From contig JBKOVB010000113.1 of assembly GCA_046723735.1 (NCBI GenBank), forward strand, positions 2,333 through 66,332: DNA of 64,000 bases. The letters are read 5' to 3'. The position numbers and the translations under genes were made by a program. Numbering within the stretch: the first letter of the stretch is position 1; every line of letters starts with the position of its first letter. Source of the DNA: Actinomycetota bacterium (GTDB lineage: Bacteria > Actinomycetota > Actinomycetes > Mycobacteriales > SCTD01). Positions 9,004-17,176 of this stretch are shown piece by piece. The notes below the pieces were generated by a model. It did not search any database, was not told the origin of the DNA, and saw nothing but the letters and a program-made list of their open reading frames with translations.

Positions 9004-10308
9004 TCAGCGCAGGCGTGGGCGCAACGGTGCGGCGGACCTGTGCCGCAGACAACCTGCGAGGACCCCGGCGCCGTAGGCCGCCTCGTCGAGCAGGGTGCGG
9101 CCCGCGTACGTCAGCGGGTCCTCCGTCGGCCGCCGGTGCCACCACTCGCGCAGCACGGGGCCGAGCAGCAAGGCGGCGGCCCGGCGGTCCTTGACGGCCA
9201 GCGCCCAGGCGAACGGACCGGCCAGGGCCAGTGCCCGACCTAGCCCCAGGGCGGTGCCGGCGGTGGCACTGCCGATCAGCTGGACCGAGGTGACGGGGTG
9301 GCGCACCTGTCGGTCGAGCCGAGCGGCGGCAAGGGCAGCGGCCGCGGCTCCGAGCAGCGGCCGACGTCCAAGGAGCAGGACCACCACCGCGGTCGGCCAG
9401 GGCGGCAGCACCACGTGGACGAGGTGGTCCGGGTGGCGCGCGGCCAGCGGTGCGGCCGAGGTGCCGTACCGGTACCGCCGCACCAGCCGGTCGCGCAGCC
9501 GGGCCGGCTCGTCGTGCGCCACCACGACCGAGGGGTCGTAGCGGATCGTCCACCCGGCATCGGTCAGCCGCCACACGAGGTCCACGTCCTCGCCGTACCG
9601 CAGGCTCTCGTCGAAGGGCGTGAGCGCAGCGACCCGGACGAGGAGCGCGGCAGTGGGGACGTAGGCCAGCGCCGTGCCCGGCCGGACGGCACCCTCGTCC
9701 GGGCCCAGGTCGAGGGGGGACCGTGGGCCACCCACGACGCGAGGCGCGACGGCCGCCACGGCAGGGTCCTCGAGGTGCCCCCGCAGCGTCGCGAGCCAGC
9801 CGGGCGGCGGGACCGCGTCGCTGTCGAGGAAGGCCACGAATGGCTTGTGCAGCAAGGGGATCGCTGTGTTCCGGGCGGCGGCAGGACCGCCGTTGGGCCG
9901 GTGCACGTAGCGGGCGCTGTGCCGTTCCGCGACCGTGCGAACGGCGGCAGGGTCGTGGGAGCCGTCGTCGACGACCAGCACGTCCGGGTGCGCGAGGGCG
10001 GCCAGGCACCGGTCGAGCTCGGGCGTCCGGTCGCGGACCGGGATGACGACCGTGACGTCGTGCGGTGCGACGGGGAGCGGCCGAGGGTGGCTGGCACCGG
10101 CGTCGAGGAGCGTCCGCGCCAGACGGCGGGCGGCCTCGGTTCCCGCTCCCTGGCGCAGGGCGGCGACGACCGCGGGCCCACGCTCGCTGAGCCGCAGCAT
10201 CCGGCCCGTCGGGGTGAGCAGGGTGCGGCCGCTGTCGAGCCGGCGGGTGCGGGGGTCGAGCACCACCCGCCAGCCGGCCGGGACCGGCGCGTCAGAGGGC
10301 GAGGCCAC
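9004..10308 (-). CDS. mftF: Mycofactocin biosynthesis glycosyltransferase (GT2)
   Basis: VTVVIPVRDR, VLVVDDGS, NGGPAAARN, VAFLDSD, SPLDLGP, YVPTAALLVR, GEDVDLVWRL, YGTSAAPLA.RHP; last gene of the mft operon. Confidence 0.92.
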   Translation of the reverse strand: MASPSDAPVPAGWRVVLDPRTRRLDSGRTLLTPTGRMLRLSERGPAVVAALRQGAGTEAARRLARTLLDAGASHPRPLPVAPHDVTVVIPVRDRTPELDRCLAALAHPDVLVVDDGSHDPAAVRTVAERHSARYVHRPNGGPAAARNTAIPLLHKPFVAFLDSDAVPPPGWLATLRGHLEDPAVAAVAPRVVGGPRSPLDLGPDEGAVRPGTALAYVPTAALLVRVAALTPFDESLRYGEDVDLVWRLTDAGWTIRYDPSVVVAHDEPARLRDRLVRRYRYGTSAAPLAARHPDHLVHVVLPPWPTAVVVLLLGRRPLLGAAAAALAAARLDRQVRHPVTSVQLIGSATAGTALGLGRALALAGPFAWALAVKDRRAAALLLGPVLREWWHRRPTEDPLTYAGRTLLDEAAYGAGVLAGCLRHRSAAPLRPRLR

Positions 10309-11065
10309 CGTCGACCGCGACGTCCGCACCGGTGACACCGCTGCTGTGCGGCCCGGCGAGCCACACGAGGGCCGCGGCGACCTCCTCCGGCTCGAGCAAC
10401 CGCTCGAGCGGCTGCTGCCGTGCGAAGTGCTCGGCGTCGGCAAGGCCGTAGAGCCGGGCGCTCTCCTCGAGCACCGGCGTGCGGGTGGAGCCCGGGCTCA
10501 CCGCGCTGGCCGTGACACCTGTGCCCCGCAGCTCCGCGGCGAGCCCGCGCACCAACCCGTTCACGCCGGACTTGGCGGCGCAGTAAGCCGCGAGCATCGG
10601 CAGCCCGCGGGTCGCGGCCGCGGACGAGACCGCGACGAACCGGCCCGACCGCGGTACGGGGCGGCGCAGGAGCGCGGGGATGGCGACCCGAGCGAGCGTG
10701 ATGACGCCGAGCAGGTCGACGTCGAGGACCGCCTGCAGCGCCTGCTCGTCCTGCTCCCACAGGGGGACGCCGCCGGCGACCACGCCGGCCACCGCGAGCG
10801 CGGCGTCCAGCCCGCCGAAGCGGTCCTCGGCGACCGCGACCGCCTCGCGCACGGCGGCGAGGTCGGTGGTGTCGGCCACCACCGTGGCCACCTGCGGTCC
10901 CGCCAGTGCGTCGAGCTCCTCCTTGGTGGCCAAGGGGTAGGGCAACCGTGGGTCGTCGGCGCACCGGTCGGTGGCGACCACGTCCCAGCCCTCGGCCACG
11001 AGGGCACGAACCGTGGCGGCCCCGATGCCCCGCGCGGCTCCGGTCACGAGCGCGACGCGGCTCAT
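10292..11065 (-). CDS. Mycofactocin-coupled SDR oxidoreductase
   Basis: VALVTGAARGIG, D.C.D...YPLAT.EEL insertion typical of mycofactocin SDRs, YCAAK, PG.T.TP. Confidence 0.9.
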   Translation of the reverse strand: MSRVALVTGAARGIGAATVRALVAEGWDVVATDRCADDPRLPYPLATKEELDALAGPQVATVVADTTDLAAVREAVAVAEDRFGGLDAALAVAGVVAGGVPLWEQDEQALQAVLDVDLLGVITLARVAIPALLRRPVPRSGRFVAVSSAAATRGLPMLAAYCAAKSGVNGLVRGLAAELRGTGVTASAVSPGSTRTPVLEESARLYGLADAEHFARQQPLERLLEPEEVAAALVWLAGPHSSGVTGADVAVDGGLAL

Positions 11066-11712
11066 CCGGTCCACCCCCTCACGAACGCCTCAAGCTCCCT
11101 GACCGCCTCGGTGAGGAGCATCTCGCCCTCGGCGGCCGTCGCGCCCGTCGCATCGCCGAGCACGCCGTTGGAGCTCACCGCGCGTACGCCGCCCTGCCGC
11201 ATCGCGGCCATGAGCTCCGCCACCGGGGCGGTGACCCCGACCGGCCGCTCCGGCCCGACCGGCCGGCCGAGCGCGAGCAGCACCGAGGTCTCGGTCCGGC
11301 CGGCGTGCGCGTCTCCGCCAAAGGACGGCCCCCAGGCGCGCACGTCACGGCCCTCGTCGCGGAGGAGCGTGACCGCCCGGCGTACCGGGTCGACGTTGCC
11401 TCCGTGCCCGTTGAGCAGCAGAACCCTTGCTGCGTCGGCAGAACGGACGAGCTCGACGAGCACGATCCGAAGGGCCTCCTGGCCGATCGAAAGCGTCCCA
11501 GGGAATCCGGCGTGCTCCCCGCTGGAGCCGTACGGCAGAGCGGGCGCGACCAACGTGCCGGTACGACGGGTAGCAAGCCTGTTCGCAAGCACCACCGCCA
11601 CGTCGGTGTCGGTCGACAGCGGCAGGTGGGGCCCGTGCTGCTCGGTGGAGCCCAGCGGCACGACCAGCAGATCCCCTGCGACCGCGGGGGAAACCAGGTC
11701 GGCCAGCTGCAT
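11062..11712 (-). CDS. mftE: Mycofactocin biosynthesis peptidase (creatininase family)
   Basis: PLGSTEQHGPHLPLSTD, YGSSGEH.GFPGTLSIG, NGHGGN, DAHAGRTETS, SSNGVLGD. Confidence 0.95.
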   Translation of the reverse strand: MQLADLVSPAVAGDLLVVPLGSTEQHGPHLPLSTDTDVAVVLANRLATRRTGTLVAPALPYGSSGEHAGFPGTLSIGQEALRIVLVELVRSADAARVLLLNGHGGNVDPVRRAVTLLRDEGRDVRAWGPSFGGDAHAGRTETSVLLALGRPVGPERPVGVTAPVAELMAAMRQGGVRAVSSNGVLGDATGATAAEGEMLLTEAVRELEAFVRGWTG

Positions 11713-12572
11713 CAGAGGGCCTTCCAGCCGGTACGCGCCTCGGAGAGGTAGCCGTGCTTCGCCAGGAACTCGAGCAGCACATCAGCAGCCTCGGCGGCAT
11801 CCACGGGACCCACGATCATGGGCGGGTCGTGGGAGAGCAGCGCCCCGGTGAGCGCCAGCAGACGCTCGCGCGCACTACCGGTGGGCGGCGGCAGGTGGTG
11901 CGGTCGCGGTCGCGACGGGCGGGCCTGCACCACCCGTACGGCGGTCTCGGGCAGCACCGCGCGGACCACCGGGACGGGCGCCTCGGCCGCGGTGAGCGCA
12001 GCCTGCAGCCCTGCTCGGCGCAGCCGCACGCCCGCCTCGACCGAGCACACCGCCGGCAGGGGCACGCGCATGCGCTCCCTTCGGCCGTGGTCGAGGCGGC
12101 GCTCGGCGACGAGGTCCTTCCCCTGCAGCTGCAAGGAGACCAGGCCTGGTGCCTGCACCACGCCCAGCTCCTCCGCGACGAAGGCCGGAAGGGCTCCGGT
12201 CCCGCGGTCGGCAGAGCGGTCGCCGCACAGCACCAGGTCCGGGTGCTCGTCGCCGAGCGACCGGACGAGCACCTTGGCGAGCGCCCGCTCGTCGCACACG
12301 AGGTCGTCGAGGTAGGCGAGGGGGAGATCCACCCGCCGTACCTCGGCACCGAGGGCCAGCGCCTCGCGCAGGGGACTCTCGACCTCGTCGCCACCCGCGG
12401 ACAGCGCCAGAACCCTTGCGTCCCAGGCCTTCGCGAGCACGAGCGCGTGCTCGAGAGCCGCCTGGTCGGCGGGCGAGAGCGCGGCGAGCCGGGCGTCACG
12501 GGTCACGACAGCGGTGAGCGGGTCCACCTGGGCACGCAGGTCGGTGGCCCGGAGCAGGACGACGACGAGCAC
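11712..12572 (-). CDS. etfB: Mycofactocin-associated electron transfer flavoprotein beta subunit
   Basis: LSPADQAALEHAL, LREALALGA, PDLVLCGDRSADRGTG, ERRLD.GRRE..LPAVCSVE. Confidence 0.85.
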   Translation of the reverse strand: MLVVVLLRATDLRAQVDPLTAVVTRDARLAALSPADQAALEHALVLAKAWDARVLALSAGGDEVESPLREALALGAEVRRVDLPLAYLDDLVCDERALAKVLVRSLGDEHPDLVLCGDRSADRGTGALPAFVAEELGVVQAPGLVSLQLQGKDLVAERRLDHGRRERMRVPLPAVCSVEAGVRLRRAGLQAALTAAEAPVPVVRAVLPETAVRVVQARPSRPRPHHLPPPTGSARERLLALTGALLSHDPPMIVGPVDAAEAADVLLEFLAKHGYLSEARTGWKAL

Positions 12573-12575
12573 GGC

Positions 12576-12866
12576 TCAGCCCTGCCGGAAGACGACGCCG
12601 TGGCCGCCGTCGGGGTAGGTCCAGCTGATCGCACCCTCGCCGTTGCAGACCTGATAGCAGGTGCCGCACTCGAAGCACTGCTCGTAGTTGAACAGGATGC
12701 CGCCGTCGGAGGTCGGGGCGAACAGGTTCGCCGGGCAGGCGGTGACGCAGGCCTTGGTCGTGCAGGAGCGGCACACGTCGCTGTCGACCACGATGTGCGC
12801 GCGCTCGGCGACCCGGAACTCGACCGTGTCCATCCGGTCCTCGAAGGCGAGCTCGGTATAGGTCAT
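12576..12866 (-). CDS. fixX: FixX-like ferredoxin
   Basis: CRSCTTKACVTACPA..YEQCFECGTCYQVC..ISWTYPDGGHGVVFRQG. Confidence 0.92.
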   Translation of the reverse strand: MTYTELAFEDRMDTVEFRVAERAHIVVDSDVCRSCTTKACVTACPANLFAPTSDGGILFNYEQCFECGTCYQVCNGEGAISWTYPDGGHGVVFRQG

Positions 12867-14161
12867 CGGAACGCCCTCGCTCCCTTGGCCGCGTCGACGA
12901 CCAGGTCGCGCAGCCGCACCCCGTTGCCCTTCGCGGCAGTGCGCAGCAGCCTCGACCAGGCGGGCTTCGGTGCCGGGTTGACCACGGTGAACAGTCCCTC
13001 GACGACGTCAGCCATCAGGCCGGGGTACTGCTGCTGCACGCGAGGCGACATGACCAGGTCCGGGGCGTGCCGGAGCCGCCTGTGGTCCTGCAGCACGAAC
13101 GTCTTGTGCAACGCCTTCGGGTAGGCCGCGAGCCGCTTCTTGGTGGCGTCGCCGGCCCTGGCCGCCGCCGCCGCGACCCGGCCTGCCTCGAGGCCGGACC
13201 CGATCGCGAAGTTCACGCCCTCGAGCCAGATGCCGGCGGCCAGCGTGAGGCCGGCCGCGTCGCCGGTGACCAGGAAGCCGTCCGCGTGCAGCGGTGGGAT
13301 CTCGTGGTAGCCGCCCTCGGGGATCAGGTGCGCGGCGTACTCCTTGAGCTCGCCGCCGCGCACCAGCGGGGCGATCGCCGGGTGCGCCTTGAGGTCCGCC
13401 ACGAGCTCCTCCGCGCGCACCTTCGCCTGCGCCAGCCCGGCGATGCTCACGACGACGCCGACCGCGACCGAGTCGCGGTTGGTGTAGACGAAGCCGCCGC
13501 CGCTGATGCCACGGGTGCAACCGAGCACCTCGATGTCGACCCCGTGGTCGCCGCTGACCCCGAACCGCTCCTCGATCACCTCCCGGGGCAGGGCCAGCAC
13601 CTCCTTCACGCCGAGCGTGAGGTGCTCGCTCTGGGTGCGCGGCAGCAGCCCGAGCTCCTTGGCGCAGAAGGAGTTCACGCCATCGGCGGCGATGACGACC
13701 TGGGCGCGGAGGTCGCCTTCGGGCCGGTCGGTGCGCACGCCGACGACCTTCTCCCCGTCGCGGAGCAGGCCGGTCACGACGGTGCTCGTGACCAGGTGCG
13801 CCCCCGCCTCCACGGCCTTGCCGGCGAGCCAGCTGTCGAAGTCCGCCCGGAACGTCGTGCACCCGTTGTACGGCGGCCGACCCCACGCCTCGGTCCGGAA
13901 GTCCACCGTCAGGGCCTGGTGCCCGGTCAGCATCATGGTCTGCCGACGCGTGACCCAGCGCTGCACCGGGAGCTCGTCCCACCATCCGGGGAGCACGTCG
14001 TCGAGCACCCTGGGGTAGACGACTCCGCCGTACACGTTCTTGGAGCCGGGGAACGGCCCGCGCTCGACCATGACCACCTTCGCGCCGGCCCGGGCGGCCG
14101 TGAGCGCCGCGGCGGCACCCGCAGGTCCGGCGCCGACCACGACGACGTCCCAGTCGGTCAT
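12863..14161 (-). CDS. fixC: FixC-like FAD-dependent ETF:quinone oxidoreductase
   Basis: DVVVVGAGPAG, ERGPFPGSKNVYGG, FDSWLA, ADGVNS, LGVKEV, GGGFVYTN, EYAAHLIPEGG, GDAAG; ATG 14161. Confidence 0.92.
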   Translation of the reverse strand: MTDWDVVVVGAGPAGAAAALTAARAGAKVVMVERGPFPGSKNVYGGVVYPRVLDDVLPGWWDELPVQRWVTRRQTMMLTGHQALTVDFRTEAWGRPPYNGCTTFRADFDSWLAGKAVEAGAHLVTSTVVTGLLRDGEKVVGVRTDRPEGDLRAQVVIAADGVNSFCAKELGLLPRTQSEHLTLGVKEVLALPREVIEERFGVSGDHGVDIEVLGCTRGISGGGFVYTNRDSVAVGVVVSIAGLAQAKVRAEELVADLKAHPAIAPLVRGGELKEYAAHLIPEGGYHEIPPLHADGFLVTGDAAGLTLAAGIWLEGVNFAIGSGLEAGRVAAAAARAGDATKKRLAAYPKALHKTFVLQDHRRLRHAPDLVMSPRVQQQYPGLMADVVEGLFTVVNPAPKPAWSRLLRTAAKGNGVRLRDLVVDAAKGARAFR

Positions 14162-15129
14162 GGGTTCACCCCCAGCCGGTCGGCGAGCTCCACCAGTAGC
14201 GCGCGCGCGTCCGTGACGAGACCCAGGTCGGCCATGGCGGTCATGGGGCAGCTCGGGTCGGTGTTGACGCTGACGACGTGCCGGGGGCTGCCGAGCCCGC
14301 CGGTGTGCTGCGAGGCGCCCGCGACGCCGAAGGCGACGTAGAGCTCCGGGTCGATGCCTACGCCGGTGGTGCCGATCTGGCGGTCGTGCCCCATCCAGCC
14401 GGCGTCCGTGACGACGCGCGTGGCGCCTGCGCCGGCGCCGAGCCGGGCTGCGACCGCGGCGAGCAGCGCGAAGGTGTCCGTGGGCTCTCCGCCCCTGGCC
14501 ACTAGGCCGGCTCCGCCGCCGAGGACCCGGGTCGCCTCCGCCAGGTCCATCGTCGTCGGGTCCGGCTCGAGCACCTCGAGGCGCTCCGCGTCGATGCCCG
14601 CCGGCACGTCGAGAAGGAGCTCGAAGACCTCGCCGTTGCTCGGCGGCAGCGGGCTGCGGGAGCCGGGCAGCAGCGTCACCACCACCGGGCCGTCGCAGCG
14701 CACCTCGACGTCGAGGCGCCCGGCGAGCCGGCTGAGGACAGCGGTCACGCCCTCCTCGTCGACGCCGGCGAAGGTGGCGTTCGCGAGCAGCGGTCGGTCG
14801 AGGGCGGCCGCCAGGCGAGGGGCGAAGTCGCGCCCGTCCGGGCTGGCGGGCAGGACGAGCATGCGCACGTCCTGCAGCAGCGGCACCAGCGCCTTCGACA
14901 GCCCGGCCGGCGCGGCCCCGACGGTCTCGGCCTGCCAGGCGCGCGGGGCGCCGAGCTCGGCGGCGGCCTGCGCCGTACCCGAGCCGAGCAGCAGCACGCG
15001 ACCGCCGGCCTCGGCCGTGGCCTCGCCGGCTCCCGCGGGCAACGCTCCGTTGCGGGCGATCACAACCGCGAGGCGGCTCAGCTCGAGCGGCTCCTGGGTG
15101 GCGCCTCGATGGACGCTGGTGACCGTCAC
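14158..15129 (-). CDS. etfA: Mycofactocin-associated electron transfer flavoprotein alpha subunit
   Basis: DGRDFAPRLAA, GATRVVTDAGW..RQIGTTG..PELYVAFGVAGASQH..G. Confidence 0.9.
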   Translation of the reverse strand: MTVTSVHRGATQEPLELSRLAVVIARNGALPAGAGEATAEAGGRVLLLGSGTAQAAAELGAPRAWQAETVGAAPAGLSKALVPLLQDVRMLVLPASPDGRDFAPRLAAALDRPLLANATFAGVDEEGVTAVLSRLAGRLDVEVRCDGPVVVTLLPGSRSPLPPSNGEVFELLLDVPAGIDAERLEVLEPDPTTMDLAEATRVLGGGAGLVARGGEPTDTFALLAAVAARLGAGAGATRVVTDAGWMGHDRQIGTTGVGIDPELYVAFGVAGASQHTGGLGSPRHVVSVNTDPSCPMTAMADLGLVTDARALLVELADRLGVNP

Positions 15130-15145
15130 AGGCCACCACCCTCGC

Positions 15146-15209
15146 GCCGATCATGGAGTTGTGGAACGGACGCTGAGCGTGGCGCGCGTGCCACAACTCC
15201 ATGATCGGC
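15146..15209. repeat. REP-like inverted repeat (19-bp perfect arms) inside the mft operon
   Basis: GCCGATCATGGAGTTGTGG (15146-15164) ... CCACAACTCCATGATCGGC (15191-15209). Confidence 0.85.
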
Positions 15210-15223
15210 AGGGAAGGGGGCGG

Positions 15224-17176
15224 TCACAGGGACACCGCCACGCGATGGCCGTCCACCACGGCGGCGTGCGCCCTGCGCGGGGCGAGGCAGTCGCCGACCC
15301 GGTGGACCGCGAACGGCGCGCCCTTGAGCTCGTGCCACAGGTGGTCGTCGGCGCGCTGCTGGCCGGCGACGACGACCCAGTCGACCGTGCGCGTCACGTC
15401 CGTGCCGGTCGGGTGGTGCTGGAACGTGAGCGTGACCCGTCCGCCCTCCTCGCTCGCCGCCATCGGCACGACGTCGGTGAGCTGCCCGATCCCCTTGGCG
15501 TCCGCCTTCACGTTCCAGGTCTCGAGGTCGAGGGTGATGCCCAGGTCCTGACCGACGACCATGCCGGGAGTCGCGACCTCGACGGCGCAGCCGCGGTCGG
15601 CGAGCAGCTCCGCCACCGACGTGGCCGGGTGGAAGCCGAGCTCGTCGAGCACGAGGACTCGCCCCGACGGCTCGACTCGGCCCTCGAGCACGTCGCGGAC
15701 GTCGACCACGCGCGCCACATCCCCTGCCCACCAGGGCTTCTGGGGCACGGCACCCGTGGCAAGCACGACGGCGTCGGGGGCCTCGTCGCGGAGCAGGTCG
15801 GCAGTCGCCTCGCACGACAGCTTCACGTCCACCCCGAGCCGCTGGGCCGCGGCGACGAGGTTGCGCGTGAGGTCGAGGAACTCGGCCCGGCTCGGCACGC
15901 TCGCTGCCGTGGGCACCTGGCCGCCCAGGCGCTCCGACCGCTCGAACAACGTCACGTGGTGCCCGCGCTCGGCCGCCGTGACGGCGGCCTGCAGCCCGCC
16001 CGGGCCGCCGCCGACGACCAGCACCCGCTGCGTCCGCCGGCGCGGCTCGGGGAGCAGCACCGACTCCCGGCCGGTGCGCGGGTTCTCGATGCAGCCAAGC
16101 CAGCGGTTCAGCCCCATCCGGCCCACGCACTCCTGGTTGCAGGACAGGCAGGTGCGGATGTCGGTCGCGGCGCCCGACCGCGCCTTGCGGACGAAGTCGG
16201 GGTCGGCGATCTGGCCTCGGACGACGCCGATCAGGTCGGCCTGTCCGGCGGCGAGCGCGCGGTCCGCCTGCACAGGGTCCTTGAACCGCCCCACCCCGAC
16301 GACCGGCAGCGACACGGCCTCGCGGATGGCGGACGGGATGAACATCGCGTAGCCCGGCGGCACCTGCATCGACGCCTCGATCATGTAGAGCGTGGCGGTC
16401 GCGACCCCGATCGAGGTGTTGATGTAGTCGACCTGGCCGGTGGCCTCGACCATCCTGGCGACCTCGACGGCCTCCTCGATCGTGGTCCCGCCCTCGATGA
16501 GCTCGTCGCCGCACAAGCGCACGCCCAGCGCCTTCTGCGGGCCCAGCACCGCGCGCACCGCGGCCACCACCTCGAGCAGCAGCCGGGCCCGGTTGGCCAG
16601 CGGGCCGCCGTACTGGTCGGTGCGGGCGTTCGTGGCGGGGCTCAGGAAGCCGCGCACGATGGACGAGTGCGAGCACTGCAGCTCCACGCCGTCGAACCCG
16701 CCCGCCATGCAGTGCTCCGCCACCTGCGCGTAGCCCTCGACGACCGAGCGGATCTCGTGCAGCTCCAAGGCCTTCGGCACCTCGCGGAACAGCGGGTCCG
16801 GGATCGGGCTCGGCCCCCAGACGGGCAGTCGGGAGAACATCGACGAGGCCTGCCCGCCGTTGTGGTTCAGCTGTGCCAGCACCGGTACGCCGTGCGCGTG
16901 CACGGCCTCGGTGATGCGGCGGTATCCGGGAATCACCCGCGAGTCGAAGCCGTGGATGAGCTTCTCGTAGGGCCAGTCCGTGACGTGGGTCGAGTGCTCC
17001 TCGGTGATGATCAGCCCGGCGCCCCCGGCGGCCCTGGCCGCGTAGTACGCGGCGTGCTGCGTGGACGGCAGCCCGTCCTGGGCGTAGTTGGTGAGGTGCG
17101 CGCTGAAGACGATTCGGTTGCGAAGGGTCAGGGGTCCCAGCCGCAGCGGCGAGAAGAGATGCTTGTAGCGGCTCAT
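15224..17176 (-). CDS. Mycofactocin-system FadH/OYE family oxidoreductase 2
   Basis: LFSPLRLGPLTLRNRIVFSAHLTNY, DWPYEK, CLSCNQEC..CIENP [4Fe-4S] motif, VLVVGGGPGG, GDCLAPR; ATG 17176. Confidence 0.9.
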   Translation of the reverse strand: MSRYKHLFSPLRLGPLTLRNRIVFSAHLTNYAQDGLPSTQHAAYYAARAAGGAGLIITEEHSTHVTDWPYEKLIHGFDSRVIPGYRRITEAVHAHGVPVLAQLNHNGGQASSMFSRLPVWGPSPIPDPLFREVPKALELHEIRSVVEGYAQVAEHCMAGGFDGVELQCSHSSIVRGFLSPATNARTDQYGGPLANRARLLLEVVAAVRAVLGPQKALGVRLCGDELIEGGTTIEEAVEVARMVEATGQVDYINTSIGVATATLYMIEASMQVPPGYAMFIPSAIREAVSLPVVGVGRFKDPVQADRALAAGQADLIGVVRGQIADPDFVRKARSGAATDIRTCLSCNQECVGRMGLNRWLGCIENPRTGRESVLLPEPRRRTQRVLVVGGGPGGLQAAVTAAERGHHVTLFERSERLGGQVPTAASVPSRAEFLDLTRNLVAAAQRLGVDVKLSCEATADLLRDEAPDAVVLATGAVPQKPWWAGDVARVVDVRDVLEGRVEPSGRVLVLDELGFHPATSVAELLADRGCAVEVATPGMVVGQDLGITLDLETWNVKADAKGIGQLTDVVPMAASEEGGRVTLTFQHHPTGTDVTRTVDWVVVAGQQRADDHLWHELKGAPFAVHRVGDCLAPRRAHAAVVDGHRVAVSL

